Positions 1-6,773 of a stretch of 11,727 nt of DNA are shown here, in pieces. The position numbers and the translations under genes were made by a program. The notes under the pieces were generated by a model. The model did no database searches, was not told the origin of the DNA, and saw only the letters and a list, made by a program, of their open reading frames with translations. Numbering within the stretch: position 1 is the first letter of the stretch; every line of letters begins with the position of its first letter. The DNA is from Candidatus Odinarchaeia archaeon (GTDB lineage: Archaea; Asgardarchaeota; Odinarchaeia; Odinarchaeales; Odinarchaeaceae): contig JAHQXC010000039.1 of the NCBI GenBank assembly GCA_029856525.1, positions 1-11,727 of the forward strand. The letters are read 5' to 3'.

Positions 1-495
1 CGGTAACATGATTCTTGTTTTTGGATCCACCCATACCGAAGGGTAACTATTGACTACAGTAGCCTGTATCCTGTACGCCCTCTTGAGAGCTAAGCCTTTT
101 TGTGCTACATCTGATGATAAAACATATCTGTCGCCAGTCTTCAGAAAGCCCTTTTTAATAAGCTCTGTACGCACCCTGTTCTGCCATGCCCCTGCAATTA
201 TATTACCACTTATCGCGTTTGTGACCATCTTCAAGCCATATTTAGAATAATTCCTTAAGACACTTTCAGCTTGAGCCGGTTCTAGGTTCAATAAAACTAT
301 ATCGAAGCTTTCTTCTAGAGCAGTCGGTACAAGTGTAGCATCATACCCTCTTCTGTTTACAAAACTGACTACCGATTGCAGAAAAGCTCTTCTTTCAATT
401 CTCTTTTCGATATTTAAGGATTCAAACCTGATAAAGCATCCTTTAACGTTGATTGGGACTGGTTGTTGCGATTTAAAAATGTTCGTATATGTCAT
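1..495 (-). CDS. ago: Putative long prokaryotic Argonaute, N-terminal 165 aa (N and L1 domains); runs off the left edge of the window
   Basis: Hand translation from ATG at 495 has no stop to position 1: MTYTNIFKSQQPVPINVKG...RTELIKKGFLKTGDRYVLSSDVAQKGLALKRAYRIQATVVNSYPSVWVDPKTRIMLP. The N-terminal TNIF resembles the TNHF/ANFF first strand of Ago/Piwi. GFLKTGDRYV...RAYRIQATVVNSYPSVWVDPKTRIM resembles the N-to-L1 segment (PIWI-like QQIGRNYY...PGFTTSI...IMLCTDVSHKV; TtAgo-like LLEVDPAYRIL). It starts 1 nt after the upstream stop. PAZ/MID/PIWI are outside the window. Confidence 0.68.
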   Translation of the reverse strand, partial: MTYTNIFKSQQPVPINVKGCFIRFESLNIEKRIERRAFLQSVVSFVNRRGYDATLVPTALEESFDIVLLNLEPAQAESVLRNYSKYGLKMVTNAISGNIIAGAWQNRVRTELIKKGFLKTGDRYVLSSDVAQKGLALKRAYRIQATVVNSYPSVWVDPKTRIMLP

Positions 496-496
496 A

Positions 497-1201
497 CTAC
501 ATCAACTTCCTTTGGAACGATTCAAACTTGAGAGAAGGGCCGATTATTTTTTCCACAACATATTTAAGAGTCACTATCTGCTGTTCAAAAGTAAAGCCAG
601 AATTGTAGATCGTAATTATTCCCCTTTTATCAAAACCTACTCTCGCCTCCTCGGGTATTTCTTTCAACCTCACTTTCACTTTGCTTAATGGTTCGCCTCC
701 ATAGTCCTCATAGAATTCTGTACTAATTATTTCACGTCCGATACACGAAATCCTGTCTACACGATCCATGCCTGGAATAACGTCTAGCTGGGAAACATCC
801 GGACATTTCTCGATAACGCTCCGCAACGCGCTTTCATCGAATTTTACTTTGCTAAGAACAAAATCACTTATAAAGTGCCTCTCTATGAAGTTAATGACTC
901 GTTGTTCTATGTCCTTTGTGCAGTTGCCTATTAATAAGAAGTTTTCTTCAAGAAGAAATATTATCGGAATCTCGCGGGATGCCTTAACAGACTTCTGTCC
1001 TTCAAGGGTTGAATAGGTGAGCTCATATTCGAAAGTAAACATGAACCCGATTGATCCATTGACAACTGCTAGTGTGTCAGGTAATGTACCTTCGCGAAAT
1101 TCCTTTTTATCCTCTATAGCAGGGAATGACTTGACTTTTTCAGTTATTTCCTTAACATCAATTTTCATCCTGGGCAGGGGAATAAGTACATAGCTAGGCA
1201 A
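497..1201 (-). CDS. Hypothetical protein (~234 aa), alternating alpha/beta pattern reminiscent of RdgC/DUF4747/KwaB-like folds
   Basis: Track ORF 497..1210. AGGAGG (1211-1216) directly abuts the GTG at 1210, so the in-frame TTG at 1201 (9-nt spacing) is the more likely start. It overlaps the ATPase stop. The fold remark is inference from hydrophobic patterning only. Confidence 0.8.
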   Translation of the reverse strand: MPSYVLIPLPRMKIDVKEITEKVKSFPAIEDKKEFREGTLPDTLAVVNGSIGFMFTFEYELTYSTLEGQKSVKASREIPIIFLLEENFLLIGNCTKDIEQRVINFIERHFISDFVLSKVKFDESALRSVIEKCPDVSQLDVIPGMDRVDRISCIGREIISTEFYEDYGGEPLSKVKVRLKEIPEEARVGFDKRGIITIYNSGFTFEQQIVTLKYVVEKIIGPSLKFESFQRKLM

Positions 1202-2315
1202 GATATTCACCCTCCTGCATGATTTTTAATTGGATGAGAGGTTTTACCTCATCTTTTATGCGGTAAAAATATGAACGCCCAATTCTTTCGAGTTTAATAA
1301 ATTTGCTTCTATTCAGTATTCCAAGGTGATAGGAAACAGTAGCTTTGTCTTTTTCAAGAATCTCCACCAGTTTTGAAGGCCGCAGTCCACGTTCATCACG
1401 CTCTAATAATATATGCTTGAGAATGAGAATCTGGAGTTCTGATAGTTTGCTTACTCTGTCAAAAAAGTTCTCAATGCCCATGGTTCTAGCTGCTAACTCA
1501 ACAGCTGTTTCGTTGATGTTTTTAGAGCGAGCAAGGAAGGCTTCGCTGAAGGTTCTTATGAAGAGCCCTATAGTCAACTTTGGGATCCCATAGCTAAACG
1601 AGTGAATCTTTTCAATAACTTCCGTCTTGAGCTGAAACTTACCGTCACTTACATACTTCAGAATAACTGAAATGAAATGAGAGGTCGCAGCCTCGTCAAG
1701 AGGTTCTATGTGGATTTCTTGGGAAGTTTCAAGACATTCTTCTACTTCGTCTTTAAATAAATTCCAATGTTCTGGTGTCCAAGACGTAATGACAACACCA
1801 TTTTTAAGTATGTTAGCAATCTGTCTTAATGAATTCACTATGTCCTTGTCTTTCTCACATGAATCTATAAATATGACATCAAGATGTTCCCTTTTGAGTT
1901 CGTCCAAAACCCGATAAAGTACCTGCTCCTCTTCTTCTCCTTCTAAAATTTCACTAAACTTTGACGCATCTATCAGTTGATGTTTAAGGGAGATGTTTCT
2001 TTCCTGGAGAAACGATTTTGTCAATTGAATAAGATGACTTTTTCCAGAGCCGACTACTCCCACAATAGGGATGTGATAGATTTCGCTTTTTTCTTTACTG
2101 TAGAAGCCGATAAATTGACCTATTACCTCAATTTCCTTTTCTAGGTTGACGGTAAATTCTGGATTTTCGAGCAAGTATTTCGAAATAGTTTCCACACTGA
2201 ACTTTAATGGATTAATCCCAAGTGATTTAAGCCATACATTAAAGCTTTCGACCTCTCCACTTAATCCTTTTTCGAAAGCTTTTTCAAATGCTTCAAACAG
2301 TCTTCCTTTTTTCAT
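1194..2315 (-). CDS. ExeA/GspA- or Cdc6-like AAA+ ATPase with C-terminal ArsR-type winged helix-turn-helix
   Basis: N-terminal WLKSLGINPLKF (ExeA-like GLxxNPF); Walker A GVVGSGKS (2037-2060); Walker B-like VIFIDS (1860-1877); lid motif IHSFSYGIPKL...AVELAA; C-terminal LSELQILIL...PSKLVEILEKDKATVSYHLGILNRSKFIKLERIGRSYFYRI wHTH. Confidence 0.85.
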   Translation of the reverse strand: MKKGRLFEAFEKAFEKGLSGEVESFNVWLKSLGINPLKFSVETISKYLLENPEFTVNLEKEIEVIGQFIGFYSKEKSEIYHIPIVGVVGSGKSHLIQLTKSFLQERNISLKHQLIDASKFSEILEGEEEEQVLYRVLDELKREHLDVIFIDSCEKDKDIVNSLRQIANILKNGVVITSWTPEHWNLFKDEVEECLETSQEIHIEPLDEAATSHFISVILKYVSDGKFQLKTEVIEKIHSFSYGIPKLTIGLFIRTFSEAFLARSKNINETAVELAARTMGIENFFDRVSKLSELQILILKHILLERDERGLRPSKLVEILEKDKATVSYHLGILNRSKFIKLERIGRSYFYRIKDEVKPLIQLKIMQEGEYLA

Positions 2316-2332
2316 GCTAATCTAACCGTTCA

Positions 2333-2348
2333 AACTATTAAAATAGTT
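2333..2348. promoter_or_regulatory. Inverted repeat AACTATT-AA-AATAGTT, candidate operator of the ATPase-wHTH operon
   Basis: Perfect 7-bp inverted repeat with a 2-nt spacer between the TATA box and the ATG at 2315. AT-rich, so a chance occurrence is possible. Confidence 0.4.
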
Positions 2349-2358
2349 AAAACTAAAA

Positions 2359-2366
2359 TATTTAAA
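2359..2366 (-). promoter_or_regulatory. TATA box (TTTAAATA) for the ATPase-orphan-Argonaute operon
   Basis: Consensus archaeal TTTAWATA on the minus strand, 43 nt upstream of the ATG at 2315. Confidence 0.55.
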
Positions 2367-2411
2367 GTTATCGCTTTTAACGCGACGATATGCGAAGGGT
2401 TAAATGTTTGC

Positions 2412-2437
2412 GGCGCTCATGCCATACTATGAGCGCC
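2412..2437. repeat. Perfect 9-bp inverted repeat GGCGCTCAT / ATGAGCGCC with 8-nt loop, covering the IS110 start codon
   Basis: Arms at 2412-2420 and 2429-2437 are exact reverse complements. Confidence 0.75.
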
Positions 2438-2527
2438 TATATTGGTTTGGATGTGCACAAGGATTGGACTTTCGCTACTGTCCTCGACCAAGATGGTCGA
2501 GTTGTTGTTTAGAGGAAGCTAGCGAAG
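2429..2527 (+). pseudogene. IS110-family (DEDD RuvC-like) transposase N-terminal remnant
   Basis: ATG 2429 reads MSAYIGLDVHKDWTFATVLDQDGRVVV*RKLAK, matching the IS110 N-terminal pattern Y(V/I)G(I/L)DVHK...a.vld.dG.vv. There is an in-frame TAG at 2510-2512 and similarity is lost after ~2527. Confidence 0.8.
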
Positions 2528-2712
2528 ATTCAAATCTGGATTCTACTTCTTATATCCGCACCATTAATAGAATCTGTTGTTATAGGCTTATCATTGAACT
2601 ATTCTAAGAGAGCTTTGAAACCTTTTTATTTGGTATCGTTCTGATTGGAGTGTGAGGATAGTCCTAGGTTAAATATGTTGGAAACGTATTTTAATTCACA
2701 GGCGGCGTGATA

Positions 2713-2721
2713 TTATAAATA
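2713..2721 (+). promoter_or_regulatory. TATA box (TTATAAATA) for the zinc-ribbon protein gene
   Basis: TATA-like element 36 nt upstream of the TTG at 2758; SD GGAGGTGG at 2746-2753. Confidence 0.45.
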
Positions 2722-2757
2722 CTGGTTTTGTTTTAATTAAATTCTGGAGGTGGAAGT

Positions 2758-3813
2758 TTGACTAGGGAGCTTAAAGTATATGAAGTCGACGAGTTTGATA
2801 AATGCCCTAACTGCGGGGGTGAGATTTATCGGGGTCGTTTGAATTGTAGATGGGGGATGATTTTCTACTATCGTTTAAAACATGATCTTCTACTTGATAA
2901 GCATGGGCGTCCTATTATTTTTGAAGAAAACGTTCGTATCGGAAACCCTGTTAAAAGCCGATTCGATCATGCTGCTATATGCAGGAATTGCCTTTTTTTA
3001 TTTTTTAAAGCTATTAATTACGATCCGCTTAGAAAAGGTTTTGAAGAACGTTTTAACAAGACGCGAAAAGAACTTTACAAGAAGGCGGTGGAGGAGTCTA
3101 AGAAGCCATTAAATTTTGATAAATGCCCGGTTTGCGGTAATAAAATAGATAAAGGGTATTTATGTGATAATCCTCCTTCAGGCTGCACACCCGGGTTAGT
3201 CTTCTATATGCAGCTGGATAAGCCTATCGGAGGGAGAAAAGAGGAGCCGATTGTTGTAGCCCAAGACTTTCTAGGACATTTCTATGAGGCATATTTCTGT
3301 GATACCTGTTTCACAGCTATCGGTAGAATAGAGAAATTCCTCCCCTTCGCCGATGATTTCTGGGATCGTTTTGAAGCCCCTTCTAAATCAACAGTTATTA
3401 AATTAGAACGCCGGCTTGAAAGGTTAGATCAGTTAGAAAATCTTCAAAACCCTGAAAGAGGGGTAGACGCGGGTTTATCAGAGGCTAGAAAAGAATTTGA
3501 AGAGTATGAGAATCCGATTGAAGAGGATTCTGAAGACCGCTTATTAGAATCTGTTCTCGATGAAATCTCAATAGGCGGCGGAGACATCCCTGAATTTAAA
3601 GTTGAAGATTCAAATGAACGTGTTAAATCAAATGATATCGGTGTCGATGGTCTTGAACTGGAGCCTAAACTACCCTACGAGTATCTTCCTTCAGTGAAAT
3701 CCTGCCTTGAGCCACCTGACAGGTTTCAGTTCTGTCCTAATTGCGGTGTCGAGAACAGTTCTAAGCAAAATGTATGCCGGAAATGCGGGACTGAATTGCC
3801 CTCAATCAAATAA
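2758..3813 (+). CDS. Multi-zinc-ribbon protein: two DUF6487-like CPxCG...CxxC modules, acidic linker, C-terminal double zinc ribbon
   Basis: FDKCPNCGG...AICRNC and FDKCPVCGN...YFCDTC repeats; E/D-rich linker; C-terminal CPNCGVENSSKQNVCRKCG; TTG start with a strong SD. Confidence 0.8.
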   Translation: MTRELKVYEVDEFDKCPNCGGEIYRGRLNCRWGMIFYYRLKHDLLLDKHGRPIIFEENVRIGNPVKSRFDHAAICRNCLFLFFKAINYDPLRKGFEERFNKTRKELYKKAVEESKKPLNFDKCPVCGNKIDKGYLCDNPPSGCTPGLVFYMQLDKPIGGRKEEPIVVAQDFLGHFYEAYFCDTCFTAIGRIEKFLPFADDFWDRFEAPSKSTVIKLERRLERLDQLENLQNPERGVDAGLSEARKEFEEYENPIEEDSEDRLLESVLDEISIGGGDIPEFKVEDSNERVKSNDIGVDGLELEPKLPYEYLPSVKSCLEPPDRFQFCPNCGVENSSKQNVCRKCGTELPSIK

Positions 3814-3996
3814 TTGTGCATATATCTCATAATTTTTTTCAACCGCTTCCATAATTTTTTTACCAATATTCGAATTCTTTTTAATAATCGTGTAACCTTT
3901 TTGATTTATAGTAGCATCGAAAATATGGTTGCCTTCTATATAGAATTTTAGACGTGTATTCGAGAGGTCAGGTCTCACATATATTCGAATTTTTTT
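3802..3996 (-). CDS. C-terminal domain of the PINA ATPase, encoded in the -1 frame after an A9 run
   Basis: Frame is bounded by TAA (3997-3999) and TGA (3802-3804) and reads KKIRIYVRPDLSNTRLKFYIEGNHIFDATINQKGYTIIKKNSNIGKKIMEAVEKNYEIYAQLFD. This resembles the PINA-family C-terminal pattern v.iyv....lFtATv.kkG.i.ikK.S.iGk.l..A. Confidence 0.7.
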   Translation of the reverse strand, partial: KKIRIYVRPDLSNTRLKFYIEGNHIFDATINQKGYTIIKKNSNIGKKIMEAVEKNYEIYAQLFD

Positions 3997-5423
3997 TTAA
4001 GGGGTTTAACTTTAACTTTAATGTTATCTTTCACTTTCTGAGAGCTGCGGCTTGTTTTCAACTCTTTATCTGAGATTAAAGGTATGACGACAACCTCTTC
4101 GCCGTAACTGTATACCTCATATTCTAAACGGTTTGTTTCGAAGTCTCTAACTTCTATAACAGGTCTAGCTAAATCCGCTTGAACCATTCCGGTGGGAATT
4201 TTAACAGTTGTACTTATAGCGTACACTTTTCTAATCTCGCCTTCTTCTATAAATATTATAGTGTCTAGAACTCTGCTAATCAATCCTAATTCAATTCTAC
4301 CTATAAATCTTTGAAGAGCGTCTATCGGTTGGCTTGCATGAACAACGCCGATCATGTTAACACCGCTGAATCTTAAATCAGCGTATATTTTGAAATCATT
4401 AGTTTTACGCATTTCATCGTATATCACGTAGTCAGGTCTTACAAGAAGAAGTATATCAGCTGTTTTCTCCATGCTATCGCTCAACGGTGAGTATTGAGTT
4501 ATATCTGGGCCTACTTGTAAGTCTCTCGGGCTCTCCATGGTCTTCACAATCTTACCTTTACTAGCATAGTATTCAGCTAAAGCCGCGCTGAATGTGCTTT
4601 TACCAGCTCCAGGCGGTCCGGCTATTAAAATTCCTTCAGCTCTTTTTTCAAGCCTTGACTCTAATTTACTAGATAAGTTATACGCTTTCAGATCGACTTT
4701 AACTATAGGCTTCACCGCTGTTATCTCTAAGCCGTCTGAAAAAGGCGGTCTAGCTATAACTATTCTCATATTCCCTAACTGGATAACCGTTGCTGCGGGT
4801 TCATCGATTTCGATAAAACTATCCTTCTCTTTTAAAGCTCTTTCATATATTTGTAAAGCTATATCTCTGAGAAGCTCACCTTCCACAGGTTTATCAGATA
4901 ATTCAACCAGTCTCCAATCACCAGGACTCCCCTTCTTAGCCTTCGGTGGAACCCCCTCTCTTAGATGAACTGACATCGTATCGCTGTCGAAAAATTTTTC
5001 AAGATCTAGCTTTAATGCTTTACCCGGTTTAGCTACATAATTAACTTTAACCCCTTTAATCTCAGCTATATCCGCTTGAACTCTATCACTCGTATATAAT
5101 TCAGCTGAATTCTCTTCAGCGCATTTAATTATTATCTCATCTAGTTCCCCGCTAGGTCCAAGCTTTACTTCCTCTAAAGTCGGTCTAGCCCCAACTATTT
5201 CGACTAATATGTCGCCTTTAGTTGAAAGCTCTCTTAGTTTTTTTAATTCAACTAATCCAGCGAAGCCCGCTGGTTTATGTAAATTCGCCTGGTTCTCTAT
5301 TTCAGCTATAACAGCGTTTGGAATAAGAATCTTACAGTTTTTTAATTCCCCTTTCTCTATGGTTTGCGAAATATATCCGTCTATTATGATGCTAGTATCA
5401 GGTACTATTTTTCTAAAATTCAA
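3975..5423 (-). CDS. PINc/VapC-family ATPase (PINA; PIN domain plus PilT-like ATPase), apparently frameshifted near the 3' end
   Basis: PIN start IVPDTSIIIDG...IPNAVIAEIENQAN; Walker A GPPGAGKSTF; TMESPRDLQV; Walker B YVIYDEMR; GVVHASQPIDALQRFIGR. The TTG start overlaps the hisS stop by 4 nt. Confidence 0.92.
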   Translation of the reverse strand: MNFRKIVPDTSIIIDGYISQTIEKGELKNCKILIPNAVIAEIENQANLHKPAGFAGLVELKKLRELSTKGDILVEIVGARPTLEEVKLGPSGELDEIIIKCAEENSAELYTSDRVQADIAEIKGVKVNYVAKPGKALKLDLEKFFDSDTMSVHLREGVPPKAKKGSPGDWRLVELSDKPVEGELLRDIALQIYERALKEKDSFIEIDEPAATVIQLGNMRIVIARPPFSDGLEITAVKPIVKVDLKAYNLSSKLESRLEKRAEGILIAGPPGAGKSTFSAALAEYYASKGKIVKTMESPRDLQVGPDITQYSPLSDSMEKTADILLLVRPDYVIYDEMRKTNDFKIYADLRFSGVNMIGVVHASQPIDALQRFIGRIELGLISRVLDTIIFIEEGEIRKVYAISTTVKIPTGMVQADLARPVIEVRDFETNRLEYEVYSYGEEVVVIPLISDKELKTSRSSQKVKDNIKVKVKPLKKKFEYM

Positions 5424-6727
5424 TACCGGTTCACCACAGGTGTGAGTATACTACTAATCTCCTCAACATTTATTGTATGCTGTTCCCCGCTATCAAGTTT
5501 TTTAACAGTGACTTTATTCTCTTTCTCCTCTTTTTCCCCTATAAATATTATAATACTGTAATTATTACTAACCGCATAGGAGAGTGCTCTTTTAATGTTT
5601 CTTCTCAAAACATCGACTTCTGTTTTATACCCTAATTCTCTAATTTTACTAGCTGTAATAAAACAGGCGGGTATTTGCCTCGGAGTTAACGGGGTTATTA
5701 GTATTTTTTTCTCAAGTGGTTTTCTGAATAAGTTTCTCTCATCCATAGCGATTATTAAACGATCTATACCCGCTGCAAAGCCTACTGCAGGTGTATGCTC
5801 TCCGCCGAATAATTCTACAAGCTTATCATATCTGCCACCGCCGCCGACTGCTATGTCAAGTCCTTCGACAAATATTTCGAAGATGAGCCCTGTATAGTAT
5901 TCTAACCCCCGCGCGAGGCTCATATCCACTTCTATTTTTTTAAAAATATCTAATTTTGATAACAACTGGAGTATTATAGTAAACTTCTCAACTTCTCCTA
6001 ATACTTCAGGATACTCTGATAATAGATTATTTAACTGGTTTATTATCGTAGTATACTCTTTTCCCTTTAAATTTAATATATTATAAAATAATTTTACCGC
6101 GTTCTCTGGAATATTATTCTCTTTCATAATTTCCTCTATTTTACCCATCTCTCTCTTATCTAATAAACCTAGTATTGTATCTTGTAATTCGTCAGGAATT
6201 TTTATAACACTGAAAAAGCTTCTAAGCACGCCTATATGCCCTATTTTTATTTTAAACTCTGTGAAACCGAGCTTCCCCATTAGATCATATGCGATGTTAA
6301 GGATTTCAATATCGCTCTCAGGGTAGTCTGAGCCGAATAACTCGAACCCTGCTTGCCAGAACTCTCTATATCTCCCTCTCTGAGGGTTATCATACCTGTA
6401 ACAGGTGCCTATATACCCTAATCTTACAGGTTTAGGCGCGCTTCTCATCAAGTTTTCTATATATAATCTAGCTATAGGAGCGGTCATTTCAGGTCTTAAA
6501 GCTAAAAGCCTCCCTCCTTTATCTTCGAATACAAACATTTTCTCCCTTATCTCCGCGCCGGCTTTAGCTGCTACCAGATCAAAAAACTCAACTATAGGTG
6601 TGGATACTTCATCATAATTATACTTATAATATAATTCTCTAACTATGCTGTTAACGTAGTTTAACCTCCACCTGTCTTCTTTTAAGTAGTCTCTCATTCC
6701 TCTAACCGTTCTAAACATTTTACTCAA
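5420..6727 (-). CDS. hisS: Histidyl-tRNA synthetase
   Basis: VRGMRDY; LALRPEMTAPIAR; YRYDNPQRGRYREFWQAGFE (class II motif 2); LARGLEYYTG; GGGGRYDKL; C-terminal anticodon-binding domain; TTG start with GGTGG SD. Confidence 0.98.
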   Translation of the reverse strand: MSKMFRTVRGMRDYLKEDRWRLNYVNSIVRELYYKYNYDEVSTPIVEFFDLVAAKAGAEIREKMFVFEDKGGRLLALRPEMTAPIARLYIENLMRSAPKPVRLGYIGTCYRYDNPQRGRYREFWQAGFELFGSDYPESDIEILNIAYDLMGKLGFTEFKIKIGHIGVLRSFFSVIKIPDELQDTILGLLDKREMGKIEEIMKENNIPENAVKLFYNILNLKGKEYTTIINQLNNLLSEYPEVLGEVEKFTIILQLLSKLDIFKKIEVDMSLARGLEYYTGLIFEIFVEGLDIAVGGGGRYDKLVELFGGEHTPAVGFAAGIDRLIIAMDERNLFRKPLEKKILITPLTPRQIPACFITASKIRELGYKTEVDVLRRNIKRALSYAVSNNYSIIIFIGEKEEKENKVTVKKLDSGEQHTINVEEISSILTPVVNRY

Positions 6728-6773
6728 TTAAACCACCGGTTTTCTTAAAAATAATAGAGTATTACTCGTATTT

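Noticed and set aside
2510-2512. In-frame TAG in the IS110 fragment as pyrrolysine or read-through
   Set aside because: Similarity ends a few codons later anyway. A nonsense mutation in a decayed element is simpler.
2526-2538. GATTCAAATC resembling a tRNA T-loop (possible att site)
   Set aside because: There is no T-stem or acceptor stem and no identity to the 3' ends of the two tRNAs in the window.
2404-2607. Track ORF of 67 aa (MFAALMPYY...)
   Set aside because: It is an alternative frame over the IS110 remnant. The recognisable signal is in the frame starting at 2429.
2528-2657. Hydrophobic reading (IQIWILLLISAPLIESVVIG...) suggesting a membrane effector like SiAga2
   Set aside because: It has no own start or SD, is short and interrupted, and lies on the opposite strand from the Ago operon. 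At most it is a decayed fragment.
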